Source: an uncultured Chloroflexia bacterium
GTDB taxonomy: Bacteria; Chloroflexota; Limnocylindria; Limnocylindrales; CSP1-4
Assembly (NCBI GenBank): GCA_963766735.1
Contig: CAVYBU010000017.1
Coordinates: 1 to 64,000, forward strand
Direction of reading: 5' to 3'
DNA length: 64,000 nucleotides
Shown one piece after another: positions 50,451 to 60,702 of this stretch. A program made the translations under genes and the position numbers. Every line of letters begins with the position of its first letter. Position 1 is the stretch's first letter. Below the pieces are notes generated by a model, which was given only the letters and a program-made list of their open reading frames with translations, had not been told where the DNA came from and did no database searches.

Positions 50451-50777
50451 GTGCCCGTTCTCGCAACGTTCTTCTCCGTCCGCCGCGGACGAGATCCGTT
50501 CTTCAAGTTCTTCATGAAGACGATCTTTCCGCGCCAGGTGAAGGAGTACGAGGAGAAGTTCGGTATCCGCTTCGTCGGCTGGTACAACGTGGCGCACGGC
50601 TGGGATTTCGACAATGTCATCCTGCTCGACCTGCCCGACTATGGGACGCTCGACCGCCTCGAGGCGGACGAGGCGACCCGGGCGCTGGGCCATCGGGCGG
50701 GGGAGTGGATGTTCGAACGACACCACTCGATGTTCCTCCGGGAGCGACTCGGAGCAGACCTCGAGTACCACGGATGA
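50451..50777 (+). CDS. Hypothetical protein (NIPSNAP/dimeric alpha-beta barrel-like pattern)
   Basis: GGAGG RBS; EEKFGIRFVGWY...VILLDLPDYGTLD. Confidence 0.65.
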   Translation: MPVLATFFSVRRGRDPFFKFFMKTIFPRQVKEYEEKFGIRFVGWYNVAHGWDFDNVILLDLPDYGTLDRLEADEATRALGHRAGEWMFERHHSMFLRERLGADLEYHG

Positions 50778-50790
50778 AGGAGGCGATCGA

Positions 50791-51768
50791 ATGGACGTGA
50801 GCCGCAACGACATGCTCAGCGAGCTCGCCAGCGACGCCGGCCTTGAGCGGACGGATTTCGTCGTGCAGGCGACGGAGCAGCTGGCGAGGTTCCTGGACCG
50901 GAACCGGGACCGGATCAGCCAGCTGGGTGGCCTGACCCTCATCGATGAAGACCCCGACTACCTGTCGGTCGCGCCGGACTGCTCGTTCCGCGTGCGCAGC
51001 CGCTACGAGGATGCCGACACGGGCGAGTGGGTCTCCGAGACGGAGATCGTCGAGACGGCGTCGGAGCTGGTCGAGCTCTACAACCCGGTCGAGATCTACG
51101 CGGCCTTCGCGGAGGCGGCCCGTGAGGCTGCCGGGCTCGAGGCGGAGCCCACCGCCGCGGGCGAGATGCTGGCCGCCTCGGGCGTCTCTCCCGAGGAGAC
51201 CGTCGGCCCCGGTGACGACGCGGGCTATGTCGGCGCTGCCGAGCAGTGGGCCGCTGGTCGCCCTCCCGTGCTGGACGCGGATGACGAGGAATTGGCCGCC
51301 CTGGCGCTGTTCAACCTGGCGCTCGACTTCCAGGACCGGAGCCAGCAGGTTGAGTCCGGCCTCATCGACCAGTTCGAGGAGGCCGCGGCGCGGGTCACCG
51401 AGCAGCTCGGCGACCTGATCATCGTGGACGACGACGACGAGCGACTCGTCCTGGGCGTCACCGGCCGCTTCCGCGCCGAGGTCCTCCCGGAGGGTGGCGA
51501 CGGCAAGTGGCGGCAGCTGGTCACCCCGGAGGACATCGTCGAGTTCTACGATCCCACGGACGTCTTCGGGGACCTGGCCGACGCTCTGGCGGAGGCCTTC
51601 CCGGCGATCGCCCCCGAGCTCGAGGACGAAGACGAGGCGGGCGCCGACGACGGGGACGAAGAGGCGCAGGACGAAGGCGACGAGGACGAAGAGGCCCAGG
51701 ACGAAGGCGACGCGGAAGACGTCGAGGATGTCGAGGACGCTGCGCCCGGGGATGAGACCCCGGGCTGA
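50791..51768 (+). CDS. Highly acidic hypothetical protein with internal domain duplication
   Basis: AAGGAGG RBS; D/E-rich; two similar halves; acidic repeat tail. Confidence 0.8.
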   Translation: MDVSRNDMLSELASDAGLERTDFVVQATEQLARFLDRNRDRISQLGGLTLIDEDPDYLSVAPDCSFRVRSRYEDADTGEWVSETEIVETASELVELYNPVEIYAAFAEAAREAAGLEAEPTAAGEMLAASGVSPEETVGPGDDAGYVGAAEQWAAGRPPVLDADDEELAALALFNLALDFQDRSQQVESGLIDQFEEAAARVTEQLGDLIIVDDDDERLVLGVTGRFRAEVLPEGGDGKWRQLVTPEDIVEFYDPTDVFGDLADALAEAFPAIAPELEDEDEAGADDGDEEAQDEGDEDEEAQDEGDAEDVEDVEDAAPGDETPG

Positions 51769-51820
51769 CGAGCGCGCCTAGCCTTCGGGCGCACCGGCCG
51801 GCGAGGGCTCCAGACCACCC

Positions 51821-52678
51821 GTGCGCCCCGTCGGTGCGGAGCTCGTCGAGCGCCGGGAGATCCTGACGGGCCAGTGGCTCGCATCGTGGCACGTCCCGAC
51901 GATCGTCTCGGGCGTCCGCGCGGGTCAGGCCGTCCAGGTGCGGACCGTCGAGGCCGGCGGGTTGCCGCTGCGTCGCCCGTACCCGATTGCCACGACCGAC
52001 GTCGCCAGCGGCACGCTCGCCATCCAGGTCCCGGGCACCGGCGCGGCCGGCGCGTGGGTCCGCGGGCTGCGTCCCGGCGATCGCGCCGACATGGCGGGCC
52101 CACTCGGACGACCGTTCGAGGTTGATCCTCGGTCTCGCCACCTGCTCCTCGTGGCCGAGGGTGCCTCCATCGCCAGCCTGCGTCTCCTGGTCGACGAGGC
52201 GATCCGGGACGGCCGCTCGGTCGTCCTGCTGTTCGGCGCCACCTCCGCCGGCGAGGTGTACCCGTCCAGCCTCCTGCCCGACGAGGTGGAGTACGTCGTT
52301 GCCACGGCGGACGGCAGCCTGGGGCATCACGGTCGCGTCGTGGACCTGGCGGTCTCCTACGAGGCCTGGGCGGACCAGGCCTTCGCCGCGGGCCCATCGG
52401 CGCTGCTTGCGGAGCTGACACGGCTGGCCACGGGCCGCCGGGGCCGGATGGGGGTCGCCAACCTCGGGCGCAAGCGGGGCGGCGGCAAACCCGTGCAGCC
52501 CGGATCGGCGGAGGCGCGTCGCAAGTCGTTCCTCCAGGTTGGGATCGACCAGTCGATCGGGTGCGCGGCGGGGACGTGCCTCGGCTGCGTGGTGCCGGGC
52601 CGCGACGGCCCGGTTCGCGTGTGTCGCGAGGGGCCGGCGTTCGCCGCGGACGAGCTGGATTGGGACCGGGTCTCGTGA
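51821..52678 (+). CDS. pyrK: Dihydroorotate dehydrogenase electron transfer subunit
   Basis: LRRPYPI, GPLGRPF, TADGSLG, CAAGTCLGC...VCREGP. Confidence 0.85.
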   Translation: MRPVGAELVERREILTGQWLASWHVPTIVSGVRAGQAVQVRTVEAGGLPLRRPYPIATTDVASGTLAIQVPGTGAAGAWVRGLRPGDRADMAGPLGRPFEVDPRSRHLLLVAEGASIASLRLLVDEAIRDGRSVVLLFGATSAGEVYPSSLLPDEVEYVVATADGSLGHHGRVVDLAVSYEAWADQAFAAGPSALLAELTRLATGRRGRMGVANLGRKRGGGKPVQPGSAEARRKSFLQVGIDQSIGCAAGTCLGCVVPGRDGPVRVCREGPAFAADELDWDRVS

Positions 52679-52712
52679 CACCCCTGCCGGCTCGTGACCC
52701 GGGTTCGCTGTC

Positions 52713-53885
52713 GTGAAGGCGCGGCGCAAGGCGGTGCCGGGCGGCCGGACGATGCGCACGCCGACGGTCCGCGTGGTCAAGCCCGCGATCCAGCGGGCAC
52801 CGTCGAAACCGCCCGGCGCGAGGGCTGCCGGGGCGGGGCCCTCCGGAACCGCGGGGCAGCAGGCGCGGCGCGGCCCGATCATCGAGCCCGCCGCCCAGCC
52901 CTCGCTCGACGCGCTCGGCGGCCGCCCGGTCCAGCTCGAGGTTGACCTTGGCCGTGGGTGCGCCCTGCCCAACCCGGTGATCGCGTCGGCGGGGCCGTTC
53001 GGGTACGGGGTTGAGGTCGCGGATCTCGTCGACCTGGAGCGGCTCGGCGGGATCGTCACGCGCGGGACGACCCTCAAGCCCCGGAGCGGGCAACCGGGGC
53101 CGCGCTTCGCCGAGGTGCCGGCCGGGCTCCTGGTGGGGGTGGGCCTGCAGAACCCGGGGATCGACGCGGTGCTGGACCGCTACGCCGAGACATGGGCGAA
53201 GTGGCCGGTGCCGGTGATCCTGAACCTGTGCGGGGAGTCGGCGGCAGAGCTTGCCGAGATGGCGCGACGGCTCGAGGGCTCGCCGGGCGTGGCGGGGATC
53301 GAGCTGAACCTCTCGTGCGGCGGGGCCGGCCGCGGCGGTGTCGTGTTTGCGATGGACGCGGACGCCGCGGCCTCGGCGGTGAGCGCCGTCCGGCGGGCGA
53401 CGGACCTGCCGATCATCGCGAAGCTGTCCGCGGCCGCCGCGGATGTCCGTTCCGTGGCGCGCGCGGTGGAGGCCGCGGGCGCAGACGCGATCAGCGCGAT
53501 CAACACGCTGCCGGGGTTCCTGCCGTCCGCGGACCGCCGGCGCGCGGCACTCGGGAGCGGGTACGGCGGGATCTCCGGGCCTGCGCTCAAGCCGATCGCG
53601 CTGCGTGTGGTCCACGAGATCGCCCAGGTCGTCGACGTGCCGATCATCGGGATCGGCGGGGTCTGCACCCTCGACGATGTGCTGGACCTGCTCGCGTGCG
53701 GAGCGTCCGCGGTGGGAGTGGGCGTCGCTGCGCTGGCGGACCCGATGCTCCCCGTTCGCCTGGCCGACGAGCTGGCCGACGCATGCCGAGCCCGCGGTGC
53801 GGCGTCCATCGCGGACCTGGTCGGGACCGCGCTCCCCGCCCGGCCGGGCGCTCCCTCGACGCGCGGCGCGGAGTACGCACGCTGA
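52713..53885 (+). CDS. pyrD: Dihydroorotate dehydrogenase class 1B catalytic subunit
   Basis: NPVIASAG, GLQNPG, ELNLSC, AKLS, INT, GGISGPALKP, IGIGGV; start uncertain. Confidence 0.92.
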   Translation: MKARRKAVPGGRTMRTPTVRVVKPAIQRAPSKPPGARAAGAGPSGTAGQQARRGPIIEPAAQPSLDALGGRPVQLEVDLGRGCALPNPVIASAGPFGYGVEVADLVDLERLGGIVTRGTTLKPRSGQPGPRFAEVPAGLLVGVGLQNPGIDAVLDRYAETWAKWPVPVILNLCGESAAELAEMARRLEGSPGVAGIELNLSCGGAGRGGVVFAMDADAAASAVSAVRRATDLPIIAKLSAAAADVRSVARAVEAAGADAISAINTLPGFLPSADRRRAALGSGYGGISGPALKPIALRVVHEIAQVVDVPIIGIGGVCTLDDVLDLLACGASAVGVGVAALADPMLPVRLADELADACRARGAASIADLVGTALPARPGAPSTRGAEYAR

Positions 53886-54154
53886 TGCCGGGACCGATGC
53901 TGGCCTGGCTGCTGGTGGTCAACGTGATCACGGCGGCGATGTACGCCCGGGACAAGATGGCCGCGAGGCGCCCCGGCGCGCGGCGGGTCCGCGAGCGGAC
54001 GCTATGGCTGCTCTGCTTCGCCGGCGGGGTGGGCGGCGCGTGGCTCGTCTTCTTCGGAATGCGCCACAAGACGCTCCACCGGTCGTTCTGGCTGGTGCAG
54101 GGTGCGGCGTCCATCCTCTGGATCGTGATCCTGCTCCGGCTGATCCTGGGCTGA
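53885..54154 (+). CDS. DUF1294-like small membrane protein
   Basis: DKMAA...RVRERTL....GG..GA....RHKT. Confidence 0.85.
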   Translation: MPGPMLAWLLVVNVITAAMYARDKMAARRPGARRVRERTLWLLCFAGGVGGAWLVFFGMRHKTLHRSFWLVQGAASILWIVILLRLILG

Positions 54155-54241
54155 GGCTGCTCACCGGGGCGTACCCGGGGCTCCCGGTCCCGCATCGGCC
54201 CGTGGTCCAGCGCCCCCGTCGCCCCCGGGTAGACTCCGGCG

Positions 54242-55618
54242 ATGACCACCACGGCATCGCAATCGGGCGTGGACCGCGAGCGCGTTCGCAGCCTCAAGAA
54301 CTCCGAGGACGCCCGCTTCGCTGCCGAGCATCCGCAGTCCGCCGCCCTGCTGGCGCGCGGCCGCGGCGTGATGCCCAACGGGGTCCCGATGTCGTGGCAG
54401 GTGGGCAGCTACCACCACCTCCCGATCTGGGTCGCCGATGGAAAGGGTGCCCGGTTCACGGACGTGGACGGCCACACCTACCACGACTTCAACATCGCCG
54501 ACATGTCGATGTTCTGCGGCTATGGACCGGAGCCCCTCGTCCGCGCGGTCGCCGACCGGATGGCACGTGGCAACCAGTTCCTGTTGCCGAACGAGGACGC
54601 CATCGTCGTCTCGGAACTGCTCCGGGATCGTTTCGGCCTCCCGAAGTGGCAGTACACGAGTTCCGCGACGCACGCCAACACCGAGGCGATCCGCGTCGCC
54701 CGCGTGATGACCGGCCGCGACCGCGTCCTCATGTTCGACGGCAAGTACCACGGACACCTGGATGAGGCGCTGGTGGAGCTGGACGACGACGGTCGCGTGG
54801 TGCCCGAGGAGCGGGGCGTTCCATCGGACACGCCGAGCGGCACGGTCCTGGTCCAGTTCAACGACCCCGCGGCTCTCGCGACCGCCCTTGAGCGGCGGGA
54901 CATCGCAATCGTGCTGACGGAGCCGGCGATCACGAACAACATCGGCCTCCTGATGCCGGCCCCAGGCTTCCACGATGAGCTGCGGCGCATCACGCGCGAG
55001 ACCGGCACGCTGCTCGCGATCGACGAGACGCACACGCAGGTCGTGGGACCGGGGGGACTCACCCGGCAGTGGGGGCTGCGGCCCGACTTCGTCACCATTG
55101 GCAAGTCCGTCGCGGGAGGCCTGCCGTTCGGAGCCTGGGGCATGACCGACGAGATCGCCGAGGTCCTCGTGCAGCGCAAGGGCGCGGACGGCGAGCGCGC
55201 GAACCTGGTTGCCACCGGTGGCACGATCTTCGGCAACGCGCTCGCAATGGCGGCCGCACGGTCGGTCATGACCGAGATCCTCACGCCCGAGGCCTACGCG
55301 CACACCGGGCGCCTGGGGGCCATGCTGGCGAGCGGAATGCGCGCGTCGGTCCAGGCACACGGGCTGCCGTGGCACGTCCACCACCTGGGGCCGCGGTCCG
55401 GCTACACATTCCAGCCGGTGCCCATCCGGAACGGCGCCGAGGGCCGTGCCTGCGCCGACGAGATGCTGACGCGGCTGATCCGGGCCTGGCTGGCCAACCG
55501 CGGCGTGTGGGAGGCGATCGTGGGGGCGGGTCCGGTCTGTCCGGTGCCGGCAGTGGACGAGGACGTGGACGCGTATCTCGTGGCCTGGGACTCGCTGCTC
55601 GAGGCGCTGACGGCCTGA
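54242..55618 (+). CDS. Class III aminotransferase (GSA-aminomutase-like)
   Basis: DVDGHTYHD, GKYHG, TEP, IDETHT, GKSVAGG, GGTIFGN. Confidence 0.9.
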   Translation: MTTTASQSGVDRERVRSLKNSEDARFAAEHPQSAALLARGRGVMPNGVPMSWQVGSYHHLPIWVADGKGARFTDVDGHTYHDFNIADMSMFCGYGPEPLVRAVADRMARGNQFLLPNEDAIVVSELLRDRFGLPKWQYTSSATHANTEAIRVARVMTGRDRVLMFDGKYHGHLDEALVELDDDGRVVPEERGVPSDTPSGTVLVQFNDPAALATALERRDIAIVLTEPAITNNIGLLMPAPGFHDELRRITRETGTLLAIDETHTQVVGPGGLTRQWGLRPDFVTIGKSVAGGLPFGAWGMTDEIAEVLVQRKGADGERANLVATGGTIFGNALAMAAARSVMTEILTPEAYAHTGRLGAMLASGMRASVQAHGLPWHVHHLGPRSGYTFQPVPIRNGAEGRACADEMLTRLIRAWLANRGVWEAIVGAGPVCPVPAVDEDVDAYLVAWDSLLEALTA

Positions 55619-55635
55619 GCCGCGGCGTCGTCCGC

Positions 55636-56805
55636 CTACCGTTCCCGCTCGAGCGCGTCCCCGATCGCGACGGCGGCGGCCAGCGCAAGCTCGTGCTTCG
55701 CCTCGTCCAGTGGGATCGGCTGCGTGGACAGCTTGACGATGACCGCGTCCGCGGGCCGGTGGACCAGCAGCATCTGGCCGTGGATCCCGAGACCGGAGTA
55801 GATGCCGCGGTCCGCGTCCAGCACCCACCACTGGTCGTGGTAGTGCGAGCTCGGCGTCACGACGCTCTCGTGCTCCAGGCCCTCCCCGAAGGCCGCGACC
55901 AGGTCCGGGCGCGGCGTCCCGACCCGGGCAACCCAGTCCGCCGGCAGCACGCGGCGCCCACCGATGGAGCCCCCCTGGAGGTACATCAGCCCGAAGCGGG
56001 CCAGGTCTCGGAGCGTGACGCACAGCCCGCCGTCCGCGACCGGCGCGCCGCCGGCGTCGATGGTCACGAACGCGTCGTGCTCCGCGCCGAGCGGGCCCCA
56101 CACGTGGTGGGCGAACAGGTTCGCGTACGTGTCGCCGCCGGCGCGCTCCAGCACCCAGCCGAGGACGTCGGTGAGGATCGAGCGGTACTCGAAAGCTCCG
56201 CCGTGGGCCCCCTGGTTCGAGAGGCCGGCCATGTAGGCATACAGGTCGGGCGGCAGGTCCGAGCGGGTGCGCGGTCGCCAGCCGCTGACCTCCTCGCTGA
56301 TCCGCACGTCAGAGGCCGGGTCCTCGTACTCCTCGGAGAAGCGGGTTCCGGCACGCATGTCCAGGAGGTGCTGCACGGTGCAGCCCTCGAACGAGCCGCC
56401 ACGGAGCTCGTCCACGTACGCGGTCAGCGGGGCATCCGGATCCAGCAAGCCGGCACCCACCAGGGCGCCGGTCAGGCCGGAGGTCAGCGACTTGGACACC
56501 GACTGGAGGAGATGGGGCGTGCCCTCCGTCGCGTGGCCGCCGTATCGCTCCACCAGGATCCGGCCGTGGTGCAGCACGAGGAAGCCGTCGGTCTCTGTGG
56601 CGGCAAGGACGTCTCCCACGCTATGGCGAGCACCGCCGATGCTGAATTCGACGCCGTCGAGGTCGCGCTCCGCGCGGGGCAGCGGTGACGGTTGTCCGGC
56701 GGGGTGGGGGACACCTGCCGTGGGGAGGATGTCCGGGACGTTGAGGTACGACCAGCGCAGGTTGTCGGGGTCCTGCCAGTTCGCTGCGGTGACGAGGTGC
56801 TGCAT
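55636..56805 (-). CDS. Serine hydrolase, beta-lactamase fold (NylB-like)
   Basis: SVSK, HLLDM, FEYRS, GIHGQ. Confidence 0.9.
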   Translation of the reverse strand: MQHLVTAANWQDPDNLRWSYLNVPDILPTAGVPHPAGQPSPLPRAERDLDGVEFSIGGARHSVGDVLAATETDGFLVLHHGRILVERYGGHATEGTPHLLQSVSKSLTSGLTGALVGAGLLDPDAPLTAYVDELRGGSFEGCTVQHLLDMRAGTRFSEEYEDPASDVRISEEVSGWRPRTRSDLPPDLYAYMAGLSNQGAHGGAFEYRSILTDVLGWVLERAGGDTYANLFAHHVWGPLGAEHDAFVTIDAGGAPVADGGLCVTLRDLARFGLMYLQGGSIGGRRVLPADWVARVGTPRPDLVAAFGEGLEHESVVTPSSHYHDQWWVLDADRGIYSGLGIHGQMLLVHRPADAVIVKLSTQPIPLDEAKHELALAAAVAIGDALERER

Positions 56806-56872
56806 GGGTGAATGGTCCCGCATCCGGGCGGGCTTCGCGCCGGTTCTCACGGTCCCGCCTAGAATCGCATCC

Positions 56873-57559
56873 ATGACCACCCTGAAGCGAACCCTCGGGG
56901 AGACGGCCCGGCGCGCCGTCGCCGCCAGGACCGAGGCCCTGTTCCGCGCCAGCGGTGCCCTGCGCGAGGGCCACTTCACGCTCAAGAGCGGACGGCACTC
57001 GGATGCCTACCTGGAGAAGTTCCAGGTGCTCCAGGACCCTGCGGCAACGAGCGAGCTGTGCGGGTTCTGGGCTGCCGGCCATCGCCGCGAGGACGACACG
57101 CCGGACGTGGACGTGGTTGCCGGCCCGACCACCGGCGGCGTGATGCTCGCCTTCGAGACCGGCCGCCAGCTGGGCACCCGCGCCATCTTTGCCGAGGAGG
57201 TGGCCGATCCGGACGGCAACGCACCGCGCCGCGAGTTCCGTCGCGGCTTCACGATCACGCCCGGGGAGCGCGTCCTCCTGGTGGACGACATCCTCACGAC
57301 CGGCGGCTCGCTGATGGCCATGATCCCGGCCGTGGAGGCGATGGGCGGCGAGATCATCGAGTGCGTGGTGATCGTGGATCGCTCCGGAGGGCTGGCAGCC
57401 ATCACCTCTCCGGTCACCGGCCGCGTCTACCCGCTCCGGGCGCTGTGGCAGCTGGAGCTTCCCACGTACGAACCCGGTCCGGCCACCTGCCCGCGGTGCG
57501 CGACCGGCGAGCCCGAGATCACGCCCGGAAGCAGCGGTACGGGGATGTCGCCCGCGTGA
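56873..57559 (+). CDS. pyrE: Orotate phosphoribosyltransferase
   Basis: EGHFTLKSGRHS, FRRGF, LVDDILTTGGS, VDRS. Confidence 0.93.
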   Translation: MTTLKRTLGETARRAVAARTEALFRASGALREGHFTLKSGRHSDAYLEKFQVLQDPAATSELCGFWAAGHRREDDTPDVDVVAGPTTGGVMLAFETGRQLGTRAIFAEEVADPDGNAPRREFRRGFTITPGERVLLVDDILTTGGSLMAMIPAVEAMGGEIIECVVIVDRSGGLAAITSPVTGRVYPLRALWQLELPTYEPGPATCPRCATGEPEITPGSSGTGMSPA

Positions 57560-57614
57560 TGGTCACCCGGGCGTGCGCGACGTCGCGTCTGGCCTGGGTG
57601 ACGGTCGGGGCCGC

Positions 57615-58589
57615 CTAGGAGCCCGCGATCTCCGCGATCACCGTCTTGAGCTCCTGCTCGGTCACCACGCCCTCGAACGAGCCGCGGACGATCCCGTTCC
57701 GATCCACCGCGAACACCCACGGCTCCGTCAGGATTCCCCACTCGTTCACCGACTGGACCGGCTGCAGCTGGTTGTTCGCGTCCAGCACCGGCTGAAGGCG
57801 CCCGTCCGTGTAGGTGAGCTGGTACGGCTCCACGTTGATGAACGCCACCGTCGAGGGTGACGTCTTCGCGACCGACTTGATCAGGTCGAGCGTCGGCCCG
57901 CACTGGGCGCTCTTGCAGAACGCGGGCGTGGCGAACGCGAGCACGAAGGGCGTGCGGCGTGCCAGCGCGTCGTCCACCGAGACGCGGTAGAACGCCGGGT
58001 CCGGCTGCAGGTCCGTGGCCAGCCTGCGGAGGTCGCCGCCCACATCCGTGATGGTCGGGGTCTTCGAGACGGGCGCCGGCTCGCCGACGGCGACGGTCGC
58101 GCCCTCCTGGGCCACCTGGAAGCCGACACCGATCGCCTCGGCCTCGCCGCCGGCAGCCTGCGTGATGAAGATGGCCTTCCAGTCGCCCGCGGACGGGAAG
58201 TCAACGTGCGCGATGTAGTCGCCGCGCGTCTCCGGGATCCCCCACACGAACTCCGCCTCGACGGCCGTCCCGGGATCGGTCTCGCCCGGCGCGATGAAGG
58301 CCACGGAGGCCGTGCGGTCCGGAGCCGCCGCCGGGAGGTTGGTCTCGGGATCCAGGAACGAGAACAGGAAGCGGTTCGGCCCCACCACCTGCTGCCCGCT
58401 GATGATCACGGGGATCACCGTGGGCCCCCCGGTGGCGGCCGAGGCTTCGGCGGAGGCATCCGGTGCTGCGGTCTGGGTCACGGGCACCGGCACGGCCGAT
58501 GGGCCCTCTCGGCCGCCGCCGCAGGCAGCAACGCTGACGACGAAGGCGAGGACGGCGGGCACGGCGAGGACGGGGAGGAACCGGCGCAT
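57615..58589 (-). CDS. Lipoprotein with thioredoxin-like C-terminal domain
   Basis: Lipobox VAAC; FATPAFCKSAQCGP, TEPWVFAVD..G. Confidence 0.75.
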   Translation of the reverse strand: MRRFLPVLAVPAVLAFVVSVAACGGGREGPSAVPVPVTQTAAPDASAEASAATGGPTVIPVIISGQQVVGPNRFLFSFLDPETNLPAAAPDRTASVAFIAPGETDPGTAVEAEFVWGIPETRGDYIAHVDFPSAGDWKAIFITQAAGGEAEAIGVGFQVAQEGATVAVGEPAPVSKTPTITDVGGDLRRLATDLQPDPAFYRVSVDDALARRTPFVLAFATPAFCKSAQCGPTLDLIKSVAKTSPSTVAFINVEPYQLTYTDGRLQPVLDANNQLQPVQSVNEWGILTEPWVFAVDRNGIVRGSFEGVVTEQELKTVIAEIAGS

Positions 58590-58747
58590 GTGCTGGAGGG
58601 TAGCCCGACCCGCCGCTCCTTGCGGAATCCGTGCCTTGTCGCGACGCGGCGGGCTCTCCCGCGAGCCGAGGCCCTACTATGGGCCCGGCGTCCCGCAGTG
58701 CCCGCCCCGTCCAGTACCCCTCGCCCCGGAGGACCAACGCGCCACCC

Positions 58748-60685
58748 GTGACCCGCTTCCAGAAGATGACCGCCGTCACCATCGTGGCGACCCTGCTCCT
58801 CGTGACCCTCGGCGTGGTCGTCCGTGCGACCGGCTCCGGCATGGGCTGCCCGGACTGGCCCACCTGTCACGGCGAATGGATCCCGCCCACCGACGACTAC
58901 AGGGCGTGGCTGGAGTGGTGGCACCGGACCGTCGCCGCCACGATCGGCATCCTGATCCTGGGCGTCGCCTTCCTGGCCTGGAAGTACCACCGGGACCGCC
59001 GCTCGATCCTGTGGCCAAGCGTCGCCGCCGTGCTGCTCGTGGGATTCCAGGCATGGCTCGGCCGCGAGACGGTCCGTCTCAACAACTCCGGCGAGTCTGT
59101 CACGGCCCACCTGGCAGCCGCGATGGCGCTCCTCGGCGTGCTGGTCTACGTGCTCGTGCGCAGCTACTACCCGGCGAGGTTCACCGGCCGCGGGGCCAGC
59201 CAGCGGTTCACGCTTCTCGCGTCGTTCAGCGCGGCGGCCACCTTCGCGCTGCTGCTGTTCGGGTCCAACGTGACCGCCACCTCGCAGTGGTACGTGTTCC
59301 CCGACTGGCCCCTCATGGACGGCGGCCTGTTCCCGGCCCTGACCGACATGAACTCCGCCCACGTGCTTCACCGGTGGGTGGCCGGGGTCGTTGGCCTGGT
59401 GGTGATCGGGACCGGCTGGGCGGCCTGGAGGACGCAGCGCTCGCACCCGGTGCTGGTGCGCCTGGGCGTGGCAGCCGCGATCCTGTTCCCGCTCCAGGCG
59501 CTGGTGGGCGGCCTGCAGGTCCTGACGGGTCTCGACGAGTGGACGCAGACGATCCACCTGGCGCTCGGGGCCGTGATCTGGGTGATCGCGGCGGCGCTGG
59601 CCATCGCCGCCTACTACGAGGCCAGGCTGGCCGCACCGCCGCCGCCCGAAGCGGCGATGGCGCCGACCACGCCCCCCACGGGCGGTGAGGCCGGCGGCGG
59701 TGCCCGTTCCGCTGGCGATGCCGATCCGGCTGGCGAGCCCCCGGCTGACGACGCATCGGTCGCTCCCGCGCCCCGCCGCTCGGACGCCGTCCGCGCCTAC
59801 ATCGCCCTGACCAAGCCCCGGATCATCGAGCTGCTGCTCGTCACCACGATCCCCGCCATGGTCCTGGCCACGCGCGACCTGCCCGGGATGAATGTCCCCG
59901 AATGGCTGCGCCTGGTCTTCTGGACGATGCTCAGCGGTTCGCTGGCGGCCGGTTCTGCAAACGCCATCAACCAGTACCTCGACCGTGACATCGACCTGCT
60001 CATGGTCCGCACGCGCCGCCGGCCGCTGCCCGCCAACAACGTGGCGCCCGAGAACGCGGTGGTCTTCGGGATCATCCTGGGCGTGATCTCGATCGCCATG
60101 ATGGCGTTCTTCGTCAACCTCGTCGCCGCTTTCCTGACCCTGCTCGCAATCGCGTTCTACGTCTTCGTCTACACGCTGCTCCTCAAGCGCTCAACGCCGT
60201 CGAACATCGTTATCGGTGGTGCCGCGGGAGCCCTGCCGCCGGTGATCGGTTGGGCGGCGGTGACCGGGCGGGTGGAGATCCCAGCCCTGCTCCTCTTCGC
60301 CCTCGTCTTCTACTGGACCCCGCCGCACTTCTGGGCGCTCGCGCTGCGCATCCGCAAGGATTACGAGGCGGCCAGCGTGCCGATGCTGCCCGTCGTGAAG
60401 GGCGTGCCGGAGACGGCGCGCCAGATTGCGCTCTACACGATGCTCCTCGTTGCCATCAGCCTGGTCTTCTTCGCTGTGGCGCAGATGGGGATCGTCTACC
60501 TGGTCGCCGCCGTCGGGCTGGGTGCCATCTTCCTGTGGCGGGCGTTCGTCCTGTGGCGCCAGGCCTCCTCCCCGGAGGCATCTCTTGCCCAGGCGATCCG
60601 CCTCTACAAGTTCTCCATCAGCTACCTGACACTCCTGTTCGCGGCCGTTGCGGTGGACACGCTCGTCGTCAGCTCGTTCACCTGA
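58748..60685 (+). CDS. Heme A synthase - heme O synthase fusion (CtaA-CtaB)
   Basis: GMGCPDWPTC, EWWHR, HVLHR (CtaA); LTKPRII, DRDID..M.RT..RP, WTPPHFWAL (CtaB). Confidence 0.92.
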   Translation: MTRFQKMTAVTIVATLLLVTLGVVVRATGSGMGCPDWPTCHGEWIPPTDDYRAWLEWWHRTVAATIGILILGVAFLAWKYHRDRRSILWPSVAAVLLVGFQAWLGRETVRLNNSGESVTAHLAAAMALLGVLVYVLVRSYYPARFTGRGASQRFTLLASFSAAATFALLLFGSNVTATSQWYVFPDWPLMDGGLFPALTDMNSAHVLHRWVAGVVGLVVIGTGWAAWRTQRSHPVLVRLGVAAAILFPLQALVGGLQVLTGLDEWTQTIHLALGAVIWVIAAALAIAAYYEARLAAPPPPEAAMAPTTPPTGGEAGGGARSAGDADPAGEPPADDASVAPAPRRSDAVRAYIALTKPRIIELLLVTTIPAMVLATRDLPGMNVPEWLRLVFWTMLSGSLAAGSANAINQYLDRDIDLLMVRTRRRPLPANNVAPENAVVFGIILGVISIAMMAFFVNLVAAFLTLLAIAFYVFVYTLLLKRSTPSNIVIGGAAGALPPVIGWAAVTGRVEIPALLLFALVFYWTPPHFWALALRIRKDYEAASVPMLPVVKGVPETARQIALYTMLLVAISLVFFAVAQMGIVYLVAAVGLGAIFLWRAFVLWRQASSPEASLAQAIRLYKFSISYLTLLFAAVAVDTLVVSSFT

Positions 60686-60702
60686 CCGGGAGGACCAGCG
60701 GG

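Noticed and set aside
54242-55618. hemL assignment
   Set aside because: GSA-like fold, but lacks the hemL PGGVNSPVR and SGTEA motifs and has no hem context
55636-56805. Antibiotic-resistance beta-lactamase
   Set aside because: No signal peptide; the pattern fits cytoplasmic NylB-like amide/ester hydrolases
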